This document shows positions 1 to 11,902 of a stretch of DNA of 64,000 nt, piece after piece. Within the stretch, counting starts at the first letter, position 1; each line of letters opens with the position of its first letter. The notes beneath the pieces are model-generated. The model searched no databases. It was not told the DNA's origin and was given only the letters and a program-made list of their open reading frames with translations. Location: assembly GCA_043228905.1 (NCBI GenBank), contig JBHGNT010000005.1, forward strand, positions 11,594,001 to 11,658,000, in the 5' to 3' direction. The translations under genes and the position numbers were made by a program. Source of the stretch: Azolla caroliniana (Eukaryota > Plantae > Polypodiophyta).

Positions 1-228
1 AACGCTTACAGGCAATCTTCCTTAGATGGTGCCAAATTAGTGGTGATGGGTGAAATATATGCAACTTTGATGAGAAAAAATGCCATGCAATTCTAAACAA
101 TGTAGAACAAAACAAAAATTAAATACTTTGTTACAAATTATTGGGCTATAGATAATCTTATGCACCATGTTGTATCACTTCTCTAGACATATCATATTGA
201 GAAACAAGTGTGTTTATGTCTCATATGT

Positions 229-654
229 GGTTGAGAGATCAAGCTCAACTTAATATAGTTAGTTAGTCAACCATGTAATTTCGTAGTTACCTAGATAGTT
301 AGAAGTGTTGACTATAACACCTTAAATAGGACCTTGTACTTAAGTGAGATATTCTAGATCCTCCACTCCCAAGTACATTTAATATAGGACTTACACCCTT
401 GTACCTATATTCTCCTCACACATGTGCACCCTTGCACATGAGATCTATATATACCTAATTCTGGGTATTTTTGTATTTGATGATACTAATTTACTATAGA
501 GTTAATCATCCCCATCTTGTGTTGTTCATAAGTGTTAACTTCCTCTCTCTTTTCCTCTCACACGCATACACACACATATCACTTAATCTTCCACTTAACT
601 TAATCACATAATTAGGTACTAATTAACCCCTAGTTAATAACCTAATTCTTAACA
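229..654 (+). repeat. 5' LTR of a decayed Ty1/Copia element (left end approximate)
   Basis: Ends ...CTTAACA directly before a degenerate iMet PBS (TAGTATCAGAGC, 655-666). The start resembles the TGTTGAGAGACAAGCTCAAC LTR start at 49520. The 3' part recurs inverted at 1886-2161. Confidence 0.7.
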
Positions 655-802
655 TAGTATCAGAGCGTGTGGTTTAGAAAATTCACTAAGCCCACCCAAC
701 TTCGTGATTGTGTGTTCGAGACGCCGACGACAAAATCCGACTATTCGCTACGTAGCACGTGATCGAAGGAAGGAAAGACGAGAAGGAAGACACTACGTCA
801 AA

Positions 803-1885
803 ATGAACACAGAAATGGGTAGCTCACTCCTGAGTGAAAAGCTAGATCGGAGCAATTATTTATCTTGGGAGCACAAGATGAACCAATACCTCGTCGGCCA
901 AGGGTATTGGAGCTACATCAACGGCGCAGAAGAAAATCGACCCGACCCAAAGAACGCCAACTACTCAACATGGGAGCACGCGGTGAGTCGAGTCATGTAT
1001 TGCTTGGCAACATGTGTCCACGACCACATGCGTAGCCACATACGAGACGCCAAGACACCTAAAGAAGCGTGGATGAACTTAAAAGAAACTTTTCGCTACC
1101 AACACGACCGACCGAAAGCTTCAACTCTAACAAGAGTTGAACACCATTTCGCAAGAAGATATGTCTATGTCGGACTACACCACCAAGATCAAGAGCATTT
1201 GCAACTCGCTTGGCTCAATCAACATAATCGTCGATGAAGATGGGATGGTTCAAATGTGCTTGGGTGGCCTCGCACAACGATTCGACTCGTTGAGGACGCC
1301 AATCTTAGCGAGAGAAAACCCTCCTTCGTTCTTCAACCTTCAATCAATGTTATTTGTCGAAGAGAACCACGTCCAAAACAAAAGCAAGACATCGGAAGCA
1401 CAAATGTTCTTCTCGAATTCGGATGGTGTCTAAGAACGAGGTCAAGGCGGTAGAAGAGGTCGATTCGACCCATCACACGAAGGGAACTCAAACCTTTGAC
1501 CACAAGATAGAAGCCATCGAGGAACAAGGTCGGCAAACGTGGCCCATTGCCTGCAACTATTGCGGGAAAATCAACCACCGTGAAGAGGAGTGTCGGAAAA
1601 AGAGAACCGAGTCGAATTCGACAAGCCAACAACTCACAAACTACGCCAACAACTCCGATTACGATGACTAGGGTGGTCTATTCATAATGAGACATAAGGT
1701 GAGCTCTATGTCAGTCTCCGACTCCATGAGCACCTCCAACTCGGAAGACATGTGGTTCGTCGACTCCAGCGCTTCGCATCATATGACGGCACACCAAGAG
1801 TGGGTCTGTGACTTAAGAAAGACAGACCGACCCAACTTCATAAAGACGGGAGATGACACCACACATCCCATTTGGGAAAGAAGGT
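803..1885 (+). pseudogene. gag: Copia gag-protease fragment, frameshifted and truncated
   Basis: EKLDRSNYLSW gag N-terminus, zinc knuckle CNYCGKINHREEEC and protease WFVDSSASHHM, spread over several frames. Homologous to the gag start at 50016. Confidence 0.85.
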
Positions 1886-2161
1886 TGTTAAGAATTAGGT
1901 AAGTAATTAAGCAAGGGTTAATTAGTACCTAATTATGTGATTAGTTGATAAGTGGAAGATTAAGTGATATGTGTGTGTATGTGTGTGAGAGGAAGAGAGA
2001 GAGAGAGAGAGAGAGAGAGGAAGTTAACACTTATGAACAACACAAGATGGGGGATGATTAACTCTATATTAAATTAGCATTATCATCATCAAATACAAAA
2101 ATACCCACAATGAGGTATATATAGATCTCATGTGCAAGGGCGCACATATGTGACGATAATA
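1886..2161 (-). repeat. Partial inverted copy of the 229-654 LTR
   Basis: Reverse complement of about 407-654 with an expanded GA tract. Begins exactly at the LTR terminus TGTTAAGAATTAGG. Confidence 0.85.
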
Positions 2162-2419
2162 TGTTGAGAAATCATTGCGGAATATAAATCACAATGAACA
2201 AACTACTCGCTGAAATACGAAATTATAGAAATGCCAGAAAAGACAAGATAAACAATGGTGTACACGGAGATTTACTTGGAAACCCTAAAGCGGGGAAAAC
2301 CACGGGAACAGATTCTTCACTATACAAATAGTGGATATACAATACCAAGAGGAATACAACACTCTCTCGCAAGTGCATCAGCCGCACAGGGCTCTTCGCG
2401 TTTGCTGTCTCACATCCAT
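2162..2419 (-). repeat. 3' part of another LTR, truncated
   Basis: Begins TGTTGAG (LTR-end signature) exactly where the preceding LTR homology stops. LTR-like composition. Confidence 0.4.
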
Positions 2420-3274
2420 TATCGTAGTGTATTTCGTATACTATATGAAAAACGTATAAAATAACCGAATGAATAAATATGAAGAAAAAGAGAGAAATAT
2501 CAAAATATATATTACATCCATAAGGCAAGACTCGAACCTTGTACGTCCATGTTAATAATATGAAGCCTTACCATTACACTAACATATCATTAGTACTAAA
2601 ATGTAGATGTCCCAGATAGAAAGGTAAGTTCATGCTAGGATAAACTTTAGGAAAACGCATGATAAAAGAAAAAGCTACACATGCACATCTAGCGTGCATG
2701 AACACTATAATCGATAAAAAACGCAGGACTTTAGAAAAAGCATGTTAGAGAAAGCATATAGTCTATTGATAGAAAAAGCATGGAGGGCATAATTAGAAAA
2801 AAAGCATGGATTGCCAAGACTCTCTCATCACTATATAAGGATGGGGAGCACGATGTAATAAGCGTGTGAAATATTTGGAAATTGGATATATTTCTAAAAG
2901 ACACCAATTAATAAAATATATTCGTGGGATTCACGAAATAAACTATACTCGTGGGATTCACGAGATTTCTATATCCTTCTCTTTCAATCTAAATTCATAT
3001 TCTTACATAAATATTGATTAATATAATACTTGTGGGATTCACAAGCTTTGATCTCTTTTCTCAATCTACTCTAATCTATTCTAAACTATTTCAATTTATT
3101 ACTACGATTACGATAAACTAAAACAACTATACTTGTGGGATTCACAAGTTTTTATCTCTCGTTTATATAATCTATTCATAATTAGACTCGTCTCAAATTC
3201 TTCTTCCTCCTAGTCCAAAACCCTAGTGGTTCCCACTTGACTCACGCAACGATTTGGCGCCGAAAGGCACGACG
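2420..3274 (+). repeat. Gypsy-type LTR (family B), decayed termini
   Basis: Colinear reverse complement of 20507-21427 at both ends. TATATAA at about 2832. Antisense tRNA-like cassette at 2528-2581. Confidence 0.8.
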
Positions 3275-4671
3275 CCGCGCTAATTGTGTTGGTTGGCCCA
3301 TTCCGTAACACAAGTCGCATTCTTTACAATACGTGTGGGCATCCTTCTGTGTCGTCGGCCACGAGAGTCCTCCTTTCCATATCTTACAGGTGGTTGCCTT
3401 GCATGTGTAGTGATCCCCTGCTATTCCGCAATGAGCTTCTAGTAATACCACGCTCTTCTCATGCTGGTGTATACACCTTCGTCAGGTGCAGTTGCTCAAC
3501 TTATGATACAATATTCCCTCTAACAGACAAAAGTTTTAGCTTCTGAATGCTAGACACTTCTTTTCATCTGTACGAAGGCGTGGATGGAGCAACCTCGTAC
3601 TTAAGAAATAGGTCATTTCCTCCAGCCATTTGTCCGGGGAGTACATGCCTTCTTTGGCATCACTTGCCGAAATTCGCAGGATTCCAGTATCCGGAAAGTC
3701 ATCCTCCCCTTTGACCGCTTCTTCTCCATTTCCAATCCGGCTCAGATAATCGACCACTACGTGTTGGGTCCCTGTCCGATGCTGGATCTCAAACTCAAAC
3801 TCCTGTAACAACAGTATCCACGGGCCCAACATCCTAGTCAACGATTGTTTTGAGATGAGATAGAGTAGCGCCGCGGGGTCAATGCGAAAGGTGAACTTCC
3901 AGCCTAATAGGTAATGCCCACTCTTGTTTACGCTATATATAATTCCTAATGCTTCTCTCTCTATCATGGAGTAATTTCGTTCGACGTCTGTTAATTTGCG
4001 GCTGGAGTAGTACACTGGCCAATACAAGTTCGGCTTGGTTAGCTACATGAGTGTGCTACCGATGGCTATGTCGGATGCGTCCACAAACACATTCAATGGC
4101 TTCATCCAGACCGGAGGCTGTACAACTGGGGCCTGCGTAAGCATTAGTTTTAGGGCTACATATGCCTTGTCTTTTGTCATTGTCCATTTGAAGGGGGTGC
4201 GATGCACCCTTGCGTGTAATGGCGTGCTGAAATTTGCTAGATAGTGCAACATGTGGTTGTGCCAACGAATCTGCCCCACAAAGCCACTAAGGGCTTTTGC
4301 ATTGTGTGGGGTTGGGGCCTCAACGATGGCTTTGATTTTCCTAGGATCCACCGCAATACCTTCTCTACTCACTATGTTTCCGAGAAGGGCTCCACTCATG
4401 ACACCGAACACACATTTGACCATATTGAGGCTGAGACGTGCTGAACGACATCGCTCCAAGCATAGTCGTAAATGTCCTAAATGACCCGCTAGCACTCCAT
4501 ATACCACAAAGTCATGCAGAAAAACCTGCATGAATGCGAGGATGAACTCACCAAAAATTTCGATGATGATGCGTTAGAACGTTGCTGGGGCGGTCTTTAA
4601 CGTCATGACCACGGCTACGAACATGCCCCAATCCATTATGAAAGTGGTCTTTTCTTGGTCGTTTGGATGCA
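3275..4671 (-). pseudogene. pol: Gypsy pol fragment (RT, RNase H, integrase zinc finger)
   Basis: RT FLHDF and RNase H VDASDIAIG / ERNYSMIEREALG motifs, plus the HCGIAGDH...CKEC zinc finger, with frameshifts. Confidence 0.85.
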
Positions 4672-5135
4672 TGTTATTACCGGTTAGGAACAAGGCATAC
4701 CCTCAGTCCTTCAGGGTAGATATCAAGGTGATCCTGGTGCAGGGTAGGAATTTGCGTAACGCGTGGAACGTAGTGACTTAGAGTGTGTTTACTAAAGGCG
4801 TAAAAATGGAGATGTCTACAACCGAGCTCCGAATGTGCGTAACCACGCAACACGTATTCACCTTACACGCTTACGCTTATACAGTCACATAGAGACAACA
4901 AAGAAGAGACAAGAGATAAGAGTCAAAACTGAGAGAAGAGAGAAACTATATTAAATGACTATGCTCAGAATTGTGCGAACTCTTTACAATGTTCATATGC
5001 CCTTTATATACACAGGGCCTAGTCGGTTATGCTTCCCACGTGAACCGTTAGACGCGTTACTTCAACGCCTCTATTATAATTAATACGCTTCTTTATCATG
5101 TGTTATTTACGTTTGTCCTCTAATGGCGGTCAACA
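4672..5135 (-). repeat. 3' LTR of a Gypsy element carrying a coiled-coil extra ORF
   Basis: TG...CA ends. Follows an ORF ending ILEDE* and a spacer homologous to 42124-42175, which precedes the LTR at 42176. Confidence 0.65.
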
Positions 5136-5185
5136 CCTAGCACGCATGTGGGACAGTGCCTTGGCACGTCGGACCCCTCCTCCCT

Positions 5186-6650
5186 TTACTCGTCTTCCAA
5201 AATATCAAGGATATTTGTCATGGTTGGGATTGTCGTCGTAGTCACCTCTGGAGTGCCTGCCTGTTCCGTCGGGGTCTCATCCTGCTCTTCGGAGTCACTA
5301 TCCTTTAAGGTGATGGCTTCCATGTTCTTCATCTCTTCCATCCTTTGATGTTCACTTCCGATGTCGCACAACTAGCGGAACACTTCTTCTTGACTTTAAC
5401 CAAAGTCTTCCAATAGCTATGCCATTCCTTCGGTGTGACGATCAACCAACGTTTGGTAATCCTGCGTATTGTCATCGCACATTGTAACGATGAATTCTTC
5501 GCTTTTTTTATAAACACCCTTCCCCTCCTTTGACGACTTTCCCAATCCGCTCTATAAGCATGGAGTTCCACTGCTTGCGTCGCCCATCCGACCCATCCTT
5601 TATCTAATGCGGCTTGTACCTGGGTCGTAATCCGTTCATGCTTTGTTTGGAGGGTGCGTATATGATCCGTGCTGCAAGTTGTGCGGGCCTGTAAGTCCTT
5701 CAGAGCCTTCTTGAGGTTCTCAATTTTCCGCTTGTTAGCCACCACTGCTTCTTCATAATGCGTCTTCATTTGGGCCCAAATTTTCGACTCCTTGTCATGG
5801 AGCTCCTCCAGTTGGCCCATCTCATTGTTGAGGCGAATTTCGAGACCCCGACGGAGTTGGCGCTCGTTCTCGATTTGTTCATCATACCACTCGCGCTTTT
5901 TCTGAGCTGCTTCTCGTAACGCCGAATTGATGTTTTCCTTTTTTATTGGACTTCTTCGTGAAGCTTGTCCCTCTCTTCCTTTGTTCGGCCATGTGCTGTT
6001 ATTTCGACGTCGAGCTTGTCCTGAATCATCTTAGCCGCCTTGTGTCCTTTTGCTCGGATGTCCGCCTCTCTGTCTAACGACTAGTGGAGTTCTGATCAAA
6101 GGCGGTCAATCTCCGTTTCGGCTAGTTGCATAGCCTTTTTCGCCTTTGCTGCTATTGCTGCTTGAGCCTCTACCTCCTCCTGTACAGTTGTCATTTCGGC
6201 GTTGTGGGAGGTAGTAGCCGGAGGGTATTTCGTAGTAGTTGCGTTATTCTCCAACTGTGTGATGTGCTCCTGCACCTTATTTAATTGGTCCTGTGTTATT
6301 TTGATGGTTTTCCACACATTTTTATTCTTAATCGCCATGTCTTTGGCGCCCAGACCGACCCTTGCCAACTCCTTATGGACCTCCAGTAAGGCAACATTTA
6401 GTGGAGGGAGTTCGATTCCGACACGGTGGACCCCTGCATTTCGTTTCATGTCCACTTTTCCTAGTGGTTCTTCATCCTCACTCTCCGCCGCCTGTGTTAG
6501 TGCACGCTCGATCATTTGTTGTTCGGCGTGCTCCCCAGCCATTCGTTGAGACACTTTTATCTGTTGTGTTGCTAGGAATTCCACGAGTTCGTATGTCATA
6601 CAAAACTGCAACAATGCACAGAACTCATGGGCCGTATCCGGAATGTGCGG
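5186..6650 (-). pseudogene. Coiled-coil extra ORF of an LTR retrotransposon, interrupted at 6651 and resuming at 20459-20506
   Basis: E/K/Q-rich helical ORFs 6096-6614, 5329-5820 and 5186-5371. Homologous to 59905-60360 (MAEEHAERQMIE) and to 41400-42123. Confidence 0.7.
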
Positions 6651-7044
6651 TGTCGTGAAGATCCGTCACTACGCGCGGATCGTGAGGCGGAACCGCCGGG
6701 GTTCTGGACCAGAAGGATTTAGAGTCGTTTGGCGAGAAAGTACTTAAGAAAGATTGGGAAAGAGAGAAGATGAGATTACACGATTGCTTTGATAACGAAT
6801 TTCTTCTTCTTAATTTTCATAAAAAAAAAACCGTGTTTTTCTCCTCCCCCTTCCCTCTTTTATAGATGCTCTCATGCATATGATGCATGTGAGGGTACAA
6901 GACATGCATAAATCGCATGTTTGCCATTTGGCGCTTAAGTATTACATGTGGTGCATGCTAACCATGTCACTCATTTTAGCACTCATGGATAAGAATTTAC
7001 ATGTAAAAGTACAATGATAGAAATATAATTTCAACTAAATATTA

Positions 7045-7098
7045 TGGCTTAATGGTAAGCCATTTGACTCCTAACTTGGAGGTGCAAGGTTCGAATCC
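7045..7098 (+). promoter_or_regulatory. tRNA-like Pol III A-box/B-box cassette in LTR U3
   Basis: TGGCTTAATGG (A box) and GGTTCGAATCC (B box) start 43 nt apart. D-arm-like stem TGGCTT/AAGCCA. Second copy at 19747-19800. Confidence 0.75.
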
Positions 7099-7159
7099 AT
7101 ACTTGCCCTCCTTGTATATGTAAATATGTATATATTTTTTATATATTTATTTTATCTAG

Positions 7160-7350
7160 TGGTCGGTTCGCCGGATGCTGCCGCCGGATACCGGTGCCGC
7201 CGCCGGATGTCGACGCCGACGCCGAATACCGACACCGGGTACCGGTGCCGCCGCCGGATGCCGACGCCGAATACCGACGCCGGGTACCGGTGCCGCCGCT
7301 GGATACCGGTGCCGCATGCCGTCGGATCACCGGCTCCATCGCCGGTCCGG
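7160..7350. repeat. GC-rich degenerate tandem array (GCCGAC / CCGGAT / ACCGGT units) in the LTR
   Basis: Visible short-unit repeats. Unit number and order differ from the sister LTR at about 19865-20085. Confidence 0.85.
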
Positions 7351-8000
7351 TTTTGGTTGGCCAAAACCCTTTACGAGTAGCTAGCCACCTCCACTCTAAG
7401 TTCAAGTTACCTTGAACTCTCTATGCTCCACACATAGACACAAAAATAATGTCTTTTGCTCCTCCTTATATATGATGAGAGCCGTATTTGTCGTGCCTAT
7501 GTGGGATATCTCACAATTTTCTCTTTTCTTTTCACAAACTTTATACCCTCATATCTTGACATTTAGCTGTCCATTTCTCGTGTAATAAAGTGCATTCGAA
7601 ACCTCCATCATTTTGTACTTAGATATTAAAAATGTTATCTTCACAATTATTGTATTACATGATTCATACTCGATTTTGTACGTTTTATGGGATTTTCACA
7701 CTATTGCCGAAAATCTTCACGACATCCACCCCCACCAAACCGCACGTCCTCCGGTACGTGCCAAGAAGAGAAGAAGTGAGATTTCGGCTACGATGATCAA
7801 TTAGATTCCGCCATGTCTTCATTTTCATTCGGCCTATTATGTTCATCGTCGAGGTAATCGAGGTGTCAGGAACTCTATTAAGGCAGAGAAGGAATTAGTA
7901 CTAAAAGAAGGATTAGTACTATTGTTGGGGAATAGTACTAAGACAGAGAAGGATTAGTACTATGAGAGGTGTCGAACTTTGAGAGAAGGAATGAGTGAAT

Positions 8001-8036
<36 letters not shown>

Positions 8037-8318
8037 TGATGCGAAAGATATATGTATTATATGACGGAAGATATACAACAGTAGTTAGAAGGCTTAAGAC
8101 TGGCGTTGAACCGATTTGGTTCGAACTAATGCCTTGCGCCTCCTTTTATAGTGTCTTCAGGAATACTCCTGAAGTTTCTAGAATGTTCCAGAGAAATCTG
8201 GAATATACATCTATTTCCCAATAAAACCTAAATGAAAATAATATCCTTCAAATTACAATTCATAACCTAATGGTAAAGTCTCGACCCGTGTAACAAAAGG
8301 TTATGGGTTCGAGTCTAG

Positions 8319-11300
8319 TTATGACACTATCCCCCCTTTAAAACGACGAGTTTCACGAGTCGTTTTGGATTGAGGACCCGGTTTCTCGGGATATCGTCGA
8401 TGGAAGTCTTCTAGAAGAGCACGAGCATTGGTCACATTCTCGATCGGTTCCCAAGTACGCTCGCTGGGACTATATCCTAGCCAATCGACTAGATAGTAGA
8501 GCTTGTTGCGAACAATCTTGGAATCGAGGATGGCAGCGACCTCATACTCAGGTCCATCTTCGAGCTCGATAGGAGGTGGAGGTTGTATAGTACGTCCTGG
8601 GATAGTGCTCTCGTGATAGGGTTCGAGGAGAGAACTATGAAACACCGGATGTATCCGAAGTTGCGGAGGTAGCTCGAGACGAAAAGCGACATCATTAATC
8701 TTCCCGATAATACGGAAAGGACCTAATCGCCGATAATCCAATTTCTCACATGGGCGAGTAGTCTTGATGTGTCGTCGTAGCAGCCACACCCGATCTCCAA
8801 TGTTAAAACTGGATGGAAGTCGATGACGATCTGCGTAGTCCTTGTGTGATTGTTGAGCTTGCTGGAGTTGAGTAGATAAATCCGCTTGTATCTTGCGTAA
8901 CCGCTCCAAACGATCCTCCGCGCAAGGATTTGTGGACACTTCTGGGGTTTCAAGGACACACCACCGGGGATGATATCCCGTATAAGCGTAGAATGGCGTG
9001 ACTTTAGTCGATGCGTGGATAGCGTTATTATAGGCAAATTCGGCGAACTGAAGAATATCTGCCCAGTCATTCTGATGATAGTTGAGAAAGCACCGCAGAT
9101 ACTGCTCTAGTGTTTGATTTGTTCGTTCGGCTTGACCGTCGGTTTGTGGGTGGTAGCCGGAGGAGAGGTTACAAGTGACCTTCAGCATTTTAAAAAGGTG
9201 CTTCCAGAATTTTGACACAAACTGGGGTCCACGATCGCTGATGATATTATCAGGGAGTCCATGATGCCGACATACTTCCCGCATGACAATTTCGGCGGTG
9301 TCTTCACTAGATATTTCTTTAGTACATGGTAAGAAATGAGCCATCTTCGTATATCGATCCACCACTGTGAGAATCGCACTGAATCCCTTAGAGACTGGAA
9401 GATCTGTAATGAAGTCAAGAGCAATGGATTGCCATGGCTTGCTTGGAATTGGTAATGGTTCTAATAAACCATATGGATGATGTCTTGGCATTTTCGCTCT
9501 GCAGCATGTATCGCAAGTCCGAACAAAATCTTCGACAAATTGTCGCATACGGGGCCACCAGAATGATCGTTGTACTAAATCTAATGTTTTAGTACTACCA
9601 AAATGTCCTGCTGTATATGTGTCATGGCAGTTTTGTACTACTCGAAGGCGGCAAGAACCATTAGGAACATACAAAAGTTCTTTAAAGAAGAGTAATCCAT
9701 CACAGTATTTGAATTGCCGATAATCCGTACCTGGTGATTGTGATTGTGAACATGACGCTCGAGAGGGGTCAATTTGTGCTAGTATAGCTTGGGCGAAAGC
9801 GTCAGTCTTCAAGTCCTCACGTATAGTATTGGTAATGTCGGAATCCACGGGCATGTCAAAGACCTGTGCTGCTTGCAGTCGTGCTGGACCCAAGATTACT
9901 TGCTTCTGGTTATCGAAAGCTGGCTCACCGGGACGTGGTGTTAGATACGAACGCCGTGATAATGCATCTGCCTTCCCTTGGTGCTTCCCCGGACGATATG
10001 TAATTTTGAAGTCGAAGCGTGTGAGGAAGTGGGCCCACCGAGCTTGACGTCGATTCAGTACACGAGCATCTTGAAAGTAGGCAAGGTTCTTGTGGTCACT
10101 GAATACAGTGACCTGATGAGGAGATCCCTCCAGGAAATGCCTCCATTGCATAAAAGAATCAACTATTGCTAATAGCTCTTTATCATGAATTTCGTAGTTG
10201 ATTTCGGCGGCGTCAAACTTACGGGAGTGGAAAGCCACAGGATGTAGCTTCTCGTCGTTACCCTGTTGTGACAGAATGCTCCCCAATGCGAAATCCGATG
10301 CGTCAGCTTCGATAATGAATGGTTTTTCCGGATCCACATGACCTAAAATTGGAGCTGATGTAAACGCCTTCTTAAGACTCTCGAAAGCCATGTCCGTCTC
10401 TTTAGACCAAATGAATGATTGTCCCTTCCTGGTGAGCTGTGTGAGAGGCAGCACAATTTTTGAGTAATTTTGTATGAACTTCCGGTAAAAATTTGCAAAG
10501 CCTAGGAAGCATTGCACATCCCGCACCGAACGCGGAGTGTGCCATTCTATCACCGTTTTGACCTTGGCTGGGTCCATAGATATGCCTTCTGAGGAGATGA
10601 CATAGCCGAGAAACTCCACTTGGTTGCACCCGAAACTACATTTCTCTAACTTTGCATACAGACCATGTTCTCGAAGTCGTTTTAGTACTAATAGTACATG
10701 AGAATCATGTTCTTCTTGGGTCTTGGAATAAACCAGTAGATCATCCAAATAGATGATCAAAAAATCATCCAAGAGATCTCGAAATATATCATTCGCCATG
10801 TGCTGGAAAACTGCCGGCGCATTAGTGAGTCCGAACGGCATGACCGTATACTCGAAGTGCCCATATCTGGTGCGAAACGCGGTCTTCCATTCATCTCCTG
10901 GTCGGATCCGTACGAGGTTATAGGCTCCTCGTAAGTCGATCTTCGTGAAGAACCTGGCACCGTTGATCCGTTCTAAAAGACTTGAGATAAGGGGAAGAGC
11001 ATACCTATTTCTTACTGTGACCTTATTCAAGCCACGGTAATCTACAACGAGTCGAAGCGAGCCATCTTTTTTCTTGACGAAGAAAATGGGTGCGCCGGTT
11101 GGAGATTTCGAATGCCGAATGAAACCGTTCTCCAAATTCTCCTCTATATAGGCTCGAAGGACTTCTAGCTCGGTTGGTGACAAATTGTAGATCGGCCCCC
11201 ATGGCGGCTCTTTTCCCGGTTGTAAGTCGATGGCGCAGTCGTACGGCCGATGATGAGGAAGTGTGTTGGCTTGTACTTTATCGAACACATCAGCATACTG

Positions 11301-11876
11301 ACGATACTTCTCGGGAAGTTGAACGGTGGACTCCTCTTTGGTGGTGCTGGAGGGTTGTACTGATATTGCGAAGAGAAACATTTCCTCCTTGCGCCCTTCC
11401 TCACGCAACTGACGTAGCGAAATGGTTGCAACCTTCTGGGTAGATCCTTGGGTTTGTCGCAACCGGATTTCCCTTGTCCTCCAATCTATGTCTGGGTCAT
11501 GTAACTCGAACCATGGTAATCCTAAAACTATGGGATGTTCTGGAATACTAATAATATTAAATGATACTACACATGTTAAGTTATCTAGGACAATATTAAC
11601 GGGTTCCGACTCTTCTATGATATTACCAGAAGCAATGGGACGACCATCAATGACTACTACTGAGGCTGGACATGGGAGCTTTCTGAGAGATATCTGATGA
11701 GCTCGGGCAAAATTCCTATCCATGAAGCAAGAATTAGCTCCGGAATCTAGAAGGGCTAAGGTATGTACTGGAGGGGTACTTTTAGTACTAACTGCTACTT
11801 GGGCTACGAACACATCACTAACTTGCTTAGAGGGAATGGAACCACTAATGGGCTGCACAGATCTAGGGCTGTCCAA
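8319..11876 (-). CDS. pol: Pol polyprotein (PR-RT-RNase H-INT-chromodomain); the frame is open upstream to about 11929
   Basis: LLDSGA protease, YLDD RT, DASDFALG RNase H, integrase SDRGPQF / HPQTDGQAER, GPF motif, chromodomain YEVAAILD...YLVDWLGY...TWEP. Confidence 0.97.
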   Translation of the reverse strand: MDSPRSVQPISGSIPSKQVSDVFVAQVAVSTKSTPPVHTLALLDSGANSCFMDRNFARAHQISLRKLPCPASVVVIDGRPIASGNIIEESEPVNIVLDNLTCVVSFNIISIPEHPIVLGLPWFELHDPDIDWRTREIRLRQTQGSTQKVATISLRQLREEGRKEEMFLFAISVQPSSTTKEESTVQLPEKYRQYADVFDKVQANTLPHHRPYDCAIDLQPGKEPPWGPIYNLSPTELEVLRAYIEENLENGFIRHSKSPTGAPIFFVKKKDGSLRLVVDYRGLNKVTVRNRYALPLISSLLERINGARFFTKIDLRGAYNLVRIRPGDEWKTAFRTRYGHFEYTVMPFGLTNAPAVFQHMANDIFRDLLDDFLIIYLDDLLVYSKTQEEHDSHVLLVLKRLREHGLYAKLEKCSFGCNQVEFLGYVISSEGISMDPAKVKTVIEWHTPRSVRDVQCFLGFANFYRKFIQNYSKIVLPLTQLTRKGQSFIWSKETDMAFESLKKAFTSAPILGHVDPEKPFIIEADASDFALGSILSQQGNDEKLHPVAFHSRKFDAAEINYEIHDKELLAIVDSFMQWRHFLEGSPHQVTVFSDHKNLAYFQDARVLNRRQARWAHFLTRFDFKITYRPGKHQGKADALSRRSYLTPRPGEPAFDNQKQVILGPARLQAAQVFDMPVDSDITNTIREDLKTDAFAQAILAQIDPSRASCSQSQSPGTDYRQFKYCDGLLFFKELLYVPNGSCRLRVVQNCHDTYTAGHFGSTKTLDLVQRSFWWPRMRQFVEDFVRTCDTCCRAKMPRHHPYGLLEPLPIPSKPWQSIALDFITDLPVSKGFSAILTVVDRYTKMAHFLPCTKEISSEDTAEIVMREVCRHHGLPDNIISDRGPQFVSKFWKHLFKMLKVTCNLSSGYHPQTDGQAERTNQTLEQYLRCFLNYHQNDWADILQFAEFAYNNAIHASTKVTPFYAYTGYHPRWCVLETPEVSTNPCAEDRLERLRKIQADLSTQLQQAQQSHKDYADRHRLPSSFNIGDRVWLLRRHIKTTRPCEKLDYRRLGPFRIIGKINDVAFRLELPPQLRIHPVFHSSLLEPYHESTIPGRTIQPPPPIELEDGPEYEVAAILDSKIVRNKLYYLVDWLGYSPSERTWEPIENVTNARALLEDFHRRYPEKPGPQSKTTRETRRFKGGIVS

Positions 11877-11902
11877 CCAAACGGCTCCTATTTTGGCTGG
11901 AC

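Larger units (their letters stand above)
6651..7724 (-). repeat. 3' LTR of the Phygy-like element
   Basis: Near-identical to 19353-20458 apart from the GC-rich array. Inverted termini. Confidence 0.95.

Noticed and set aside
7040-7110. Functional tRNA gene
   Set aside because: No acceptor stem or clear 7-nt anticodon loop; reported only as a tRNA-like cassette.
7126-7415. Overlapping Arg/Pro/Gly-rich ORFs (also 19828-20139)
   Set aside because: Stop-free GC repeat inside LTRs, open in most frames.
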